From a virus (Duplodnaviria > Caudoviricetes): a stretch of DNA of 64,000 nucleotides. Location: the IMG/VR virus record IMGVR_UViG_3300028412_000003; one strand, 5' to 3'. The position numbers and the translations under genes were made by a program. A model generated the notes under the pieces. The model saw only the letters and a list, made by a program, of their open reading frames with translations, had not been told where the DNA came from and searched no databases. Every line of letters starts with the position of its first letter. The first letter of the stretch is position 1. Of the stretch, positions 47,988 through 57,431 are shown piece by piece.

Positions 47988-48322
47988 TAGTATTCTCCGT
48001 TTCTGATTTCGTCTTCTTCTTCTGCAACTATCATCTCTATTATACTATTTTTATCATCGTCTGTAAATATATCTTTTGGTGCACGATTGATTTTATATTT
48101 TTTCATATACATAGGAATAGCACGATCAATTAATGTTGAAAGATCACTTTTGTCTATTTTCTTTTTCTTTTTATAGATGTCAGACATTTTAGCCATCGTT
48201 GGATAATAATATCGACGATAAAAACTAGGATCGTTTCTCATATAGACAACAAGGTCATCTCGGACATCAAAATCCATACCTTTGTCGTCATCTTTAACAA
48301 ATCCCATTTCGACTAATTTCAT
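47987..48322 (-). CDS. Hypothetical protein
   Basis: 111-aa ORF. Confidence 0.55.
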   Translation of the reverse strand: MKLVEMGFVKDDDKGMDFDVRDDLVVYMRNDPSFYRRYYYPTMAKMSDIYKKKKKIDKSDLSTLIDRAIPMYMKKYKINRAPKDIFTDDDKNSIIEMIVAEEEDEIRNGEY

Positions 48323-48615
48323 TCGGAACCTCCGTCACCTGATACATATATATCAAATTCAGTGTGTCCGTGATCAAATAATTTGTCTGCTAACTTATTT
48401 ACGATCACGTCGGCTTGTTCATTTGTAAGATCACCCGGCATCTTAATCATCAAGATTTCTTCATCTTTATCGTTGCCTTCGGCAATAGCCATTTCTGATA
48501 CAAATCCTGATTCATAAAGTAGATCGGTCATGTTCAATAAAGATTCAACAATTCCATCATCTTTCAATTTTTCTAATTTGTATTTGTTTATACCAACGCC
48601 AATAAAATGTTCCAT
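48319..48615 (-). CDS. Hypothetical acidic protein
   Basis: 98-aa ORF. Confidence 0.5.
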   Translation of the reverse strand: MEHFIGVGINKYKLEKLKDDGIVESLLNMTDLLYESGFVSEMAIAEGNDKDEEILMIKMPGDLTNEQADVIVNKLADKLFDHGHTEFDIYVSGDGGSE

Positions 48616-48623
48616 CTTTTTCC

Positions 48624-48986
48624 TTAGTGGTTTAATAATATGTTACGGATACTTCCGTCTGTCCAATCTTGGACAATAACTCGCACCCAAACAAAGTTTC
48701 CTGTAAAGTTATAAATGAATGCACCCGAAGCATTAGTACCATCCGACTCTTCACTGGAATGTGTTGCAGGATTGATTGTAAACCAATCAGCCTCAACTGG
48801 CATAACTGCCAAAGATGCTTGCATACTAATAGTTCCTATAAAACCATTAAGATTGTATTGGACCGTATGCAATCCGTCTGCTCGTCCATAATAACCGTCA
48901 CCTTTAAATTTTTCACCTGTTATAGATTCAGTTGAACTATCTCCTGGGTGTACTTCGTTAGATAGAATAATTTGGCTGTTTTCCAT
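48624..48986 (-). CDS. Hypothetical beta-rich, possibly structural protein
   Basis: Start moved to MENSQIIL; GATAAATA 5 nt upstream. Confidence 0.55.
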   Translation of the reverse strand: MENSQIILSNEVHPGDSSTESITGEKFKGDGYYGRADGLHTVQYNLNGFIGTISMQASLAVMPVEADWFTINPATHSSEESDGTNASGAFIYNFTGNFVWVRVIVQDWTDGSIRNILLNH

Positions 48987-49005
48987 GTAAATATTTATCA
49001 AAGAT

Positions 49006-49683
49006 TTAGTTATGTTCTAATTCATAAACTTTCTTTATCTTATCAGATATTCTCATATTGAGAACAGTCAGCATTATATCGTCTCTTACATATATTTGAA
49101 GAGAAGATATAACATGACCATTTTTTAATTCTTTAGCTCCCCCTTCTGAAATCTTTATCTTACCTTTGTTATTCTCTACCCATTTAGGAAATTTACTATC
49201 TGAAATATTATTTACTATCACTTTGTACTTATAATCCTTAAATGCATCTGATACTATTAATTTACCAGATTCTAAAGAAGACAAATTATTTGGATCTGGT
49301 TCAGTTAAATCAATTGCTAAATTAGCCTTAATAAGTTTGTTAGGAATATCCATATCGTTTGTATAGATCATTAGTTCGTTATTTTCTTTTCTTAAAGAAA
49401 AATCTTTATTTTTAGTTAAAATCTCTTTTAATTTTAGAGCATCTTGATATTCTTTAAACGATATATTAATTGTTCTTTTTACTGGTACTAATGGATTAAT
49501 ACAAATTTCAGTATCGGGATACGGCTTACTATTTAACTCGTTAAATTTATTATCTATTCTATCAAGTAATGCGTTGGTTGTTTTATATTTTGGATAATCA
49601 AGCCAACGGGTTAGGCAATGCCTAACCCGTGTTCTGTAGAGATATTTACCATAGAATAATTTTTTGGTCTTATACCTCTTCAA
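49006..49683 (-). CDS. Hypothetical protein
   Basis: 225-aa ORF, TTG start overlapping the clpA end. Confidence 0.55.
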   Translation of the reverse strand: MKRYKTKKLFYGKYLYRTRVRHCLTRWLDYPKYKTTNALLDRIDNKFNELNSKPYPDTEICINPLVPVKRTINISFKEYQDALKLKEILTKNKDFSLRKENNELMIYTNDMDIPNKLIKANLAIDLTEPDPNNLSSLESGKLIVSDAFKDYKYKVIVNNISDSKFPKWVENNKGKIKISEGGAKELKNGHVISSLQIYVRDDIMLTVLNMRISDKIKKVYELEHN

Positions 49684-51919
49684 TTGTTAGCACCTCATGC
49701 GTAATGTCAAACTCTAGTGCATCATTATGAGCGTTAATTGTAACAGTTCCGCCATTCTTAAGAAGACCAAATAGCATTTCTTTAGCTAGAGGGCGTTTGA
49801 TCTCGTCGTTTATTAGACGCTTAAGAGGACGGGCACCATACATTGGGCTAAATCCTTTTTCTGCAAGATAATCAAAGGCTTCGCCAGTCATTTCAATATT
49901 GACTCCCTTTTCTTTTACTTTAAGTTTTAGCTCACGCATGAATTTTCCAACTATCTTAATTATGATTTCCTTAGGCAACTTGCCAAACTTGATAATACCA
50001 TCAAGTCTGTTACGGAATTCAGGAGCAAAGAATTTTTCAACAGCTTTTAAATCATATTCCTTATCTAAAGGAGTGCTAAAGCCAATGTTTTTCTTTTCTG
50101 CATCTGATGCACCAAGGTTAGTGGTAATGATAAGAGTTACGTTACGAAAATCTGCAACCTTATTATTTGCACCAGTTAACTTTCCATTATCCATAATCTG
50201 CAACAATATTTGAGAAACATCAGGGTGTGCTTTTTCTATTTCGTCAAGCAATAACACACAGTTAGGATTTTCTTGAATTGCTGTGATGAGCGCACCTGCA
50301 TTGTCTTCAAATCCAACGTAGCCTGGAGGAGAACCAATCAACCTAGATACAGAGTGTTTCTCCATATATTCTGTCATGTCAAACCTTACTAGCTTAACGC
50401 CTAGTTCTTCTGACAAAGCCTTTGCTGTTTCAGTCTTACCTACACCAGTTGGTCCCATAAAGACAAAAGAACCAATTGGCTTATCATCTTCTTGCAATCC
50501 AGCTTGTGCAATAATAACCTTATCAACTAGTGCAGTAACAGCAGAATCTTGACCATATACCTTGCCTAAGATATTCTTTTCAAGGTTAGCCATATTCTCG
50601 CTTTCTTTTTCAGCAATTCGATCAGCATCTATGTTAACCATATGAGACAGTTCGCGTTGAATATTTTCAACATCTACTGTCTTGTTTTCAGTTTGATTTA
50701 TCAATTTAAATCGAGAACATGCAACATCAATAAGATCTATTGCCTTATCAGGCAATTTCTTATCTGGTTGATATTTAACTGACAATTTAATTGCTTCTTT
50801 AATAGCACCGTCTGTAATAACAGCATCATGAAATTCTTCATAATACTGTTTGATAGACAGAAGAATTTCTTCTGCTTCAGATGCACTAGGTTCATTAACT
50901 GTAACACGTTGAAAGCGCCTCATTAATGCACGATCCTGTTCAAAATACTTTCTGTATTCTTCCCATGTAGTAGAAGCAACAACCTTAACATCGCCCTTAC
51001 CTAATGCAGGTTTAAGCATATTAGCCAAGTCATTTGCATTATTAGAAGAACCAGACCCAGCACCATTCATCATATGTGCTTCATCAATAAACAAAACACA
51101 CTTACCTTTTTTAACAATGGCACTCAATACTGCCTTAAAGCGTTCTTCAAAGTCACCTCGGTATTTAGATCCTGCAAGCATTGAACTTATATCAAGGTTG
51201 TAAACTGTGTAATCTTTTAGAAATTCTGGAACATCACCATTTACAATCTTGTATGCTAGTCCTTCAACAATTGCAGTCTTACCTACACCAGGATCACCAA
51301 CAAGAATTACGTTATTCTTATTACGCCTACCAAGTGAAAGTGCAATACGATCAAGTTCTGCACTACGGGCAATAACAGGATCAATCTTTTTCTGTTTTGC
51401 TCTTCTGTTCAGGTCAACGGTAAAAGTCTTTAGTGCTTTTTGTTCACCTTGTGTGATCTCTTCAGCTTCTATTGCTTCTTCAATTTCTGTATTAACAAAT
51501 TCAGCAAAAGATGATCGGTCAATACCAGCTTGAGTCAAATAATAATAACACATTGACTTCTTTTCATGCAACATACTTATGAGTACATCAGTAAGTTCCA
51601 TTGTACGACCGCCACTAAACAAGACCTGTGTAAATGAACGATTTAATACTCGCTCAACTGTTTGAGTCTTCTTTGGCTTATATTTTGTAATTGAAGAATC
51701 AACCTTGATATCATCTAGCTTAGTCTTAAGCATCTTATCTAAATTAGTTTGAACGTAGTTTACCTCTGTTCCGTATCCCTCAAGCAATTTTACAAAATTT
51801 TCTTCTGTAAGCATTGCGAACAATAGATGCTCTAACGTCACATATTCATGACGTAAATTCTTTGCTATTTCTACTGCTTTTTCGAAAATAGAAGATAGTT
51901 CTTTAGACGGTTCGACCAT
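49670..51919 (-). CDS. clpA: ClpA-like two-AAA-domain Hsp100 chaperone
   Basis: Clp-N HEYVTLEHLL, GDPGVGKT, LFIDEAH, GPTGVGKT, LLDEIEKAHP, GARPLKR; about 750 aa with no ClpB middle domain. Confidence 0.9.
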   Translation of the reverse strand: MVEPSKELSSIFEKAVEIAKNLRHEYVTLEHLLFAMLTEENFVKLLEGYGTEVNYVQTNLDKMLKTKLDDIKVDSSITKYKPKKTQTVERVLNRSFTQVLFSGGRTMELTDVLISMLHEKKSMCYYYLTQAGIDRSSFAEFVNTEIEEAIEAEEITQGEQKALKTFTVDLNRRAKQKKIDPVIARSAELDRIALSLGRRNKNNVILVGDPGVGKTAIVEGLAYKIVNGDVPEFLKDYTVYNLDISSMLAGSKYRGDFEERFKAVLSAIVKKGKCVLFIDEAHMMNGAGSGSSNNANDLANMLKPALGKGDVKVVASTTWEEYRKYFEQDRALMRRFQRVTVNEPSASEAEEILLSIKQYYEEFHDAVITDGAIKEAIKLSVKYQPDKKLPDKAIDLIDVACSRFKLINQTENKTVDVENIQRELSHMVNIDADRIAEKESENMANLEKNILGKVYGQDSAVTALVDKVIIAQAGLQEDDKPIGSFVFMGPTGVGKTETAKALSEELGVKLVRFDMTEYMEKHSVSRLIGSPPGYVGFEDNAGALITAIQENPNCVLLLDEIEKAHPDVSQILLQIMDNGKLTGANNKVADFRNVTLIITTNLGASDAEKKNIGFSTPLDKEYDLKAVEKFFAPEFRNRLDGIIKFGKLPKEIIIKIVGKFMRELKLKVKEKGVNIEMTGEAFDYLAEKGFSPMYGARPLKRLINDEIKRPLAKEMLFGLLKNGGTVTINAHNDALEFDITHEVLTIEEV

Positions 51920-51950
51920 AATTACTCCTTTAAAATAAAGTTTATGTTAT

Positions 51951-51978
51951 ATTGTATACTATATTCATAAAATGTCAA
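51951..51978 (-). promoter_or_regulatory. Sigma70-type promoter for clpA
   Basis: TTGACA-16-TACAAT on the - strand. Confidence 0.55.
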
Positions 51979-52811
51979 GAATTTAAATCTTTTCTTAATT
52001 CTCTTAACTTATCCATAACTTCATTGGATTCTATTTTAGGAATATTTGCGTGTACTTTGACTAATAATCTGCCTCTTATTTTATTGTTTATATTTGGTAA
52101 TCCGTGATTGCTTACTCCAAAAACAGTTCCATTTTTAGTACCAGCAGGAATTTTAACTTTGACTTTTTTCTTTTCAATAGTAGTGACTTCGTGACTACAT
52201 CCAATTATTAAATCTAGTGCATTAATATCACTTATGACAATTAAATCATCGTCTTGTCTAATCCATTTTTGATCTGGAATTATTATTATTTTAACAAAGA
52301 GATTTCCTCTTTGTACACCCTGAATTCCTTCGTCGCCTAATCCTGCATATCTCATAGTTGTGCCATCTTTTATTCCGGGCGGCACATTAATAGTAACAGT
52401 TTCGGTTCTACCTGTTCGTAATCTATAATTAGCTATAATTTCTTTACCTTCTAATACATCAATAAGATCAATATTTGCTGCTATTGTTATATCTGGATTT
52501 CTCATTTGTTGATTACGTCCTGCATTTCTACGGAAAAGATCATAGAATAAATCATCTACATTATGAACATATGCATCGTCTCTAAATCCACCTTGATGAT
52601 GTCCGCTATTAAAAGGATTTTGAGGAGCATCATACTTTGCTCTTCTGTCAGGATCTTTTAACGTATCGTATGCTGAACTTATTTCTTTAAATTTGTTTTC
52701 GTCTCCGCCGGCATCAGGATGGTGTTTTGCTGCTAGTTTTCGAAAAGCAGATTTAATTTCTTCTTGTGAGGCAGTTTTTTGTACTCCGAGTGTCTTGTAA
52801 TGATCATCCAT
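51975..52811 (-). CDS. dnaJ: DnaJ/CbpA-like co-chaperone (J domain plus C-terminal domain, no zinc finger)
   Basis: HYKTLGV..KHHPD J domain; G.G.PG..RGNLFV C-terminal domain. Confidence 0.88.
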   Translation of the reverse strand: MDDHYKTLGVQKTASQEEIKSAFRKLAAKHHPDAGGDENKFKEISSAYDTLKDPDRRAKYDAPQNPFNSGHHQGGFRDDAYVHNVDDLFYDLFRRNAGRNQQMRNPDITIAANIDLIDVLEGKEIIANYRLRTGRTETVTINVPPGIKDGTTMRYAGLGDEGIQGVQRGNLFVKIIIIPDQKWIRQDDDLIVISDINALDLIIGCSHEVTTIEKKKVKVKIPAGTKNGTVFGVSNHGLPNINNKIRGRLLVKVHANIPKIESNEVMDKLRELRKDLNS

Positions 52812-52823
52812 ACTGTACTTAAC

Positions 52824-53255
52824 TTATTCGTCTGGATTCTTTCGCCTTCCTGATCCAACATACAGACCAAACCAAGCTGCTCCAGCACCTACTATTATAG
52901 ATACTAATCCAGATTGTTCAAGAGATAAATTTTCTACTTCCATGGCCCAAATCACAACTTCGTAAAGCAGATAGATATAAACAGAAATGAATATCCGTGG
53001 AAAAATTCTCCAAGAGTCTAACGCCCTTGCAAGGTGTATTAGATTTTTAAAAGGATTAACACCTAAATCCTTAATAGAAGTATCAACTTCTAAGTCAAGT
53101 TTAACTTTTTTGGTTGTACCGTTTTCATTCATTTCAACTACAACGGCATCGTCGTAAATTTCTTCATTTTTAACTTCTTGCTTCGTTCTTCCAGTCCAAT
53201 ATCTCGTTTCTGATTCTGAATACGGCTCGAAGTCTTCTGGTCTTTGTCTTGGCAT
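52824..53255 (-). CDS. Putative holin
   Basis: Two C-terminal TM segments, basic tail GRRK, last gene of the lysis cassette. Confidence 0.5.
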   Translation of the reverse strand: MPRQRPEDFEPYSESETRYWTGRTKQEVKNEEIYDDAVVVEMNENGTTKKVKLDLEVDTSIKDLGVNPFKNLIHLARALDSWRIFPRIFISVYIYLLYEVVIWAMEVENLSLEQSGLVSIIVGAGAAWFGLYVGSGRRKNPDE

Positions 53256-53282
53256 CGAACCCTCCCTCTATGTTAATATTTA

Positions 53283-53750
53283 TCAGAAGGGATTAATTGT
53301 TTCAAAGAATGATTTTTGGTCTCTTGATTTATTTTCTTTTTCTACTTGTTGATTAACGGATTGAACTTCTCGTTGAGCACGACTAAGAGCTACTTCTGCA
53401 TCTTTATAATATCTTTCGTATGCAGCAATGATAGTTTTTTGTTGTTGGATAAATGCTCTTACATCACTTAAATTAAGAGATAAATTTTCGTATCCTTTAT
53501 CAGATAGTCCAAATAAAACAGGATCATTCCCTGTTTCTCTTAATTGAGAAAATACTTCTTCGTAATTTTCTTCAGTTATAATAACCCAGTCAATTATACG
53601 CAAATTGAGTTGATCAGCAGAAGGTAGAACAAGTTCTGGCCTGTCTATTGGCTTAGCTGAAATTTCTAATGGTTTAACTGAGCTACATCCACTAAGGACG
53701 AGAATCACCAGTCCACAAAAAAGGACATTCACTATTGAACGATCTTGCAT
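53283..53750 (-). CDS. o-spanin (Rz1-like lipoprotein)
   Basis: Signal peptide with lipobox LSGC, Pro-rich segment; overlaps the 3' end of the i-spanin in another frame. Confidence 0.7.
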   Translation of the reverse strand: MQDRSIVNVLFCGLVILVLSGCSSVKPLEISAKPIDRPELVLPSADQLNLRIIDWVIITEENYEEVFSQLRETGNDPVLFGLSDKGYENLSLNLSDVRAFIQQQKTIIAAYERYYKDAEVALSRAQREVQSVNQQVEKENKSRDQKSFFETINPF

Positions 53751-54168
53751 TTTTTGCATTCCTTTCTTTATCTGTAAGAGGCGCTCCACTTAATATTTCG
53801 AGACATCTACCTGCTTTTTCACTGGCATTATTGATTACACGTTCAACTAATTTTGGTTTTGCATTACCAAGTGCACCTATATCATGTTTTCCTAATCTAT
53901 CACGTAATTCATTATTTTGAATACGTATGTTTTGAAATTCTTCATTTACTCTACGGAGTTCAGACGCTATCTTTTCTTGATCAGCCTTCATGCTAGAAAT
54001 CGTCTCTTCGTTTATACTTACTGCGGTTTCTAGTTTGGCATTGTTTTCAGATAGCGTCTGAATTCTTGATTGTGAATCAGTATAATACCAATAAAATCCA
54101 CCAATCATAACAATGACTGCAACACCAATTATAGCATAAATTTTAAGAGACCCTAAAAAAGGTATCAT
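53692..54168 (-). CDS. i-spanin (Rz-like)
   Basis: N-terminal TM (IYAIIGVAVIVMIGGFYWY) then coiled coil; start at 54168 by ATGA overlap with the endolysin stop. Confidence 0.7.
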   Translation of the reverse strand: MIPFLGSLKIYAIIGVAVIVMIGGFYWYYTDSQSRIQTLSENNAKLETAVSINEETISSMKADQEKIASELRRVNEEFQNIRIQNNELRDRLGKHDIGALGNAKPKLVERVINNASEKAGRCLEILSGAPLTDKERNAKNARSFNSECPFLWTGDSRP

Positions 54169-54998
54169 CTCAATAATACCGATATTGTTTTTGGTCCTGC
54201 TATTCCGTCTGCTACTAGGCCATTCTCCATCTGCCACCGGCGCAGGTGTGCTTCGGTTCCGCTTCCAAAGATTCCATCTGCTGTTATTCCCAATGCCTCT
54301 TGTATCTTCTTTACTGTTTCTCCACGAGATCCCTTTTTCACCGTTTGGGGATATCGACGGATCGCCGAACGGTGTGAGGAAAAAAGGTCTAATGCAGACT
54401 CCCAACGGCGTTTGCGATCAGCTAATCCATGATCACCACCATTTATCAATCGAGTCATTTCGTATATGTCATATTCATCTGCATGTTGGTTTAAATTTCG
54501 AGAATCCCAAAACCAACATGCAGAATCTATTGCACCTTTTTTAGTTTCAATATATTCAATTACTTCATCTAAGTTCATGTCCATTACACGAGCAAATGCT
54601 TGATAGTTATTCTTACCGGTTAATTGTATAATTCCACGACCTCGAAATTTCCATCCGTCACCTGTTGACTCTGGTCCATTACCCATTCGACCACCATAAA
54701 CTACATTGGCAATTTTTTCAGGTTGTCGATGGTAGTTGTTTGCATCTCTGCCAGCGAGACGAAAATATTTTGGAAATACAACATTTAATCTTTCTGCAGA
54801 GTAATTTAAATTTTCATTTAGTCTACGATATCCATTACTCTCGTGTGCAGTCTGTGCGATAAATCCAGCCACTCGTTGTGGAGTATTAATACTCCACAAC
54901 GGTAATATTTCAACCATTGCTTCGTACCATTCGTCTGATTCTGAATTGTTTAGTAATTCTCTAACTTGATCTTTAGTAAAATCAAAAGTAAATCTCAT
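54165..54998 (-). CDS. Endolysin, GH19 lysozyme/chitinase-like with C-terminal peptidoglycan-binding domain
   Basis: AQTAHES, ENLNYSA, DGWKFRGRGIIQLTGKNNY; C-terminal ADGIFG..T..WQ..GLVADGIAG. Confidence 0.9.
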   Translation of the reverse strand: MRFTFDFTKDQVRELLNNSESDEWYEAMVEILPLWSINTPQRVAGFIAQTAHESNGYRRLNENLNYSAERLNVVFPKYFRLAGRDANNYHRQPEKIANVVYGGRMGNGPESTGDGWKFRGRGIIQLTGKNNYQAFARVMDMNLDEVIEYIETKKGAIDSACWFWDSRNLNQHADEYDIYEMTRLINGGDHGLADRKRRWESALDLFSSHRSAIRRYPQTVKKGSRGETVKKIQEALGITADGIFGSGTEAHLRRWQMENGLVADGIAGPKTISVLLR

Positions 54999-55011
54999 AT
55001 CTTGTCCTGTC

Positions 55012-55725
55012 TTAAAGTCGATTAAGGACTAGTGTCTTACCTTCGTTTTCAATAGTAAGTTTCTGTCCATATTTGCTAATATTATAATCTCCGAGGTATT
55101 TAGTAAGGTATATAATTTCAGCCCAGTCATTAAAATTAAGTGATTCGGTTATTGCCTCGTTCATTTCTACACTGTCGCCAAAATCAAGAACTCGAAATGA
55201 TATAGGTTGAGAATATATTTTTCTTATAGTTAAGATATCATCCATTAATTCTATGCTATCAACAAATGAACGATTGAAAAAATTCTTATAATTATCCATA
55301 GTCGATTCGTTTATATTTAATAGGTAAGCATCTGGATCAGTTGGAATTTCTCCTTCTAACTCTTCTCTTGAAGCGTTGTTGCTTCTAAACTTTTTGTGAT
55401 ACCGAAATCGCCAATTATCTACATCTGCTAATTTACCAACACCGTCTAATATATCTACTATTTGATCAATTGCATCCTTTGTTCTTTCTAGTTCAACAAA
55501 CACTCTGTATTTTGCATCTTCTTGCTCACCATCGGTTTCATCTGCATCCAAAACAAACTCATACCCACCTTCAATAAATCTTACTAAATCTTTTGCAGGG
55601 TCCTTATCTCTAACCACAAAACTAATAGTTACGATATCCTTGTCGTCTCCCATCTTTGAAGAATAGGTATCTATTTCTATTACATTATGAACTAAACTAC
55701 GAAGGTCCCCTTTTCTTAAACTCAT
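55012..55725 (-). CDS. Hypothetical protein
   Basis: 237-aa ORF. Confidence 0.6.
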   Translation of the reverse strand: MSLRKGDLRSLVHNVIEIDTYSSKMGDDKDIVTISFVVRDKDPAKDLVRFIEGGYEFVLDADETDGEQEDAKYRVFVELERTKDAIDQIVDILDGVGKLADVDNWRFRYHKKFRSNNASREELEGEIPTDPDAYLLNINESTMDNYKNFFNRSFVDSIELMDDILTIRKIYSQPISFRVLDFGDSVEMNEAITESLNFNDWAEIIYLTKYLGDYNISKYGQKLTIENEGKTLVLNRL

Positions 55726-56273
55726 TATATTGCACCTCTAATATCTTCTCCGGTCTCCATGTCGCCACCTATATCATCAGTCTGTGCAGCTTCAACATCA
55801 GCATCTTGTGCAACAGGTGCTGCTTCTTCTCTGGATTGAATTTCTTGATCAAGAATTTCTTTATGTCCGCTAAACACATCCTTCATCAATTTCTTTGGCA
55901 TTTCAATTTCAACAATCCAAACTTCTTTTCGATCCATCTTACCTTTTTTTGTACCGGGTCTTAAATCATTAGGGCTTTCAATCTTTCTTGGTATCATTAA
56001 ACTTTCTTTAGCATATCTAACTTTACAATCATAATCAAGGAGTCGTTTTCCGCCCATTGGATCTGGCATCTTATCACGGTCCCACATGAACCCACAAGTG
56101 ATCCAATATCTTTCAACTTTTGGTCCCATAGCAAGTTCGCCATCTTCCCAGTTTTCATAAACATATAAATCTAATTCATCTAACACTCTTTCAAAGTCTT
56201 TTAAAATTTGAAAAGAGTTAGGATTTTCAGTTATGGTCTCAATATTTTTGAGTAAGTCAAGTATATCTTTCAT
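55725..56273 (-). CDS. Hypothetical protein
   Basis: 182-aa ORF; GATAAATA at 56294-56301 upstream. Confidence 0.6.
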   Translation of the reverse strand: MKDILDLLKNIETITENPNSFQILKDFERVLDELDLYVYENWEDGELAMGPKVERYWITCGFMWDRDKMPDPMGGKRLLDYDCKVRYAKESLMIPRKIESPNDLRPGTKKGKMDRKEVWIVEIEMPKKLMKDVFSGHKEILDQEIQSREEAAPVAQDADVEAAQTDDIGGDMETGEDIRGAI

Positions 56274-56347
56274 TTGAGTTCCTATCTTAAATGTATTTAT
56301 CGTATAATGATTTATAAACTTCTAGTTTTACTCTTATTAATGATCGG

Positions 56348-56400
56348 TAAATATCATTGTAGGACTAAGAGATGTCCTACTTATATTTCCATAAGGAGGA
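56348..56400 (+). promoter_or_regulatory. TAAATA box, 7-bp leader hairpin and strong RBS for phoH
   Basis: TAAATA 56348-56353; GTAGGAC/GTCCTAC stem 56359-56380 with 8-nt loop; AAGGAGGA. Confidence 0.5.
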
Positions 56401-56405
56401 AATTT

Positions 56406-57113
56406 ATGAGTGCAAAGAGGAAGGCCGCTCGCCAAGAACGGTTCTCAAACGTAGTGAATGTAGATTTTGAAAAGAAAAAAGAAGTAAAAATCTTACCAAG
56501 AAGCATACACCAAGAAGATTACGTCCTCAAGCTACTTGATCCAGAAAAAAGCATAGTGTTTGGGATCGGACCTGCGGGAACGGGTAAAACCATGCTGGCT
56601 GTTTTGGCAGGGGTTAAGAAGTTTAAGGATGGTAACGTTGACAAGATTATTATTACTCGTCCAGCAGTTAATGCTGACGAAGATCTTGGATTTTTGCCAG
56701 GGACATTAGAAGAAAAAATGGCTCCATGGACAAGACCAATGTTTGATGTACTTCGAGATTATTTCACTGCACGTGATCTTCAAAGCATGATAGAAGAAGG
56801 TGTTTTAGAAATTGCACCACTTGCTTATATGAGAGGTAGAACTTTTAAAGATTCATTTATCATTGCAGACGAAATGCAAAACGCAACTCCAAGTCAAATG
56901 AAAATGCTATTAACTAGAATTGGTGAAAATTCAGAAATGGCAGTTACTGGAGACCTAGCACAAGCAGATCGACAGGCAGACAATGGATTAATTGATTTTA
57001 TTACATTATTAAATCGACGCAATACAAATTATATTGACATAGTTAAATTTACAGACAATGATATTGAAAGACATCAAGCTGTTAAAGAAGTATTAAACAT
57101 ATACGGTGATTAG
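56406..57113 (+). CDS. phoH: PhoH-like ATPase
   Basis: GPAGTGKT, ITRP, LGFLPG, LAYMRGRTF, ADEMQN, TGDLAQ; start moved to 56406. Confidence 0.92.
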   Translation: MSAKRKAARQERFSNVVNVDFEKKKEVKILPRSIHQEDYVLKLLDPEKSIVFGIGPAGTGKTMLAVLAGVKKFKDGNVDKIIITRPAVNADEDLGFLPGTLEEKMAPWTRPMFDVLRDYFTARDLQSMIEEGVLEIAPLAYMRGRTFKDSFIIADEMQNATPSQMKMLLTRIGENSEMAVTGDLAQADRQADNGLIDFITLLNRRNTNYIDIVKFTDNDIERHQAVKEVLNIYGD

Positions 57114-57115
57114 AA

Positions 57116-57146
57116 TATATGGGGTGGGTTAATCCCACCCCATATA
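57116..57146. terminator. Perfect 13-bp hairpin between the convergent phoH and sufT genes
   Basis: TATATGGGGTGGG-TTAAT-CCCACCCCATATA. Confidence 0.65.
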
Positions 57147-57431
57147 CATTCTAGTTTCTTCGGGAACCATGTCAATAGTAAACGGTGGTTCAAATGTGAG
57201 ATCTATTTCACACGAGGTTGCTCCGGTGTCTTGCATACCTGCTTCTTTTATCATTTCCATAATAAATTCAGCAAAAGGACACATTGGACTAGTTAGTGTA
57301 TGAGTGATCTTTAAGACGTCATCGTTTGTTTCAATATTATATATTAATCCAAGATCGTAAACATTAACAGTTGGCATTTCAGGATCATAAACTTCACGAA
57401 GATTAGATATTACCTTTTCAACATCTATCAT
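57129..57431 (-). CDS. sufT: SufT/PaaD-like (DUF59/MIP18) Fe-S maturation protein
   Basis: VYDPE..VNVYDLGLIY, TLTSPMCP, LTFEPP. Confidence 0.85.
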   Translation of the reverse strand: MIDVEKVISNLREVYDPEMPTVNVYDLGLIYNIETNDDVLKITHTLTSPMCPFAEFIMEMIKEAGMQDTGATSCEIDLTFEPPFTIDMVPEETRMYMGWD

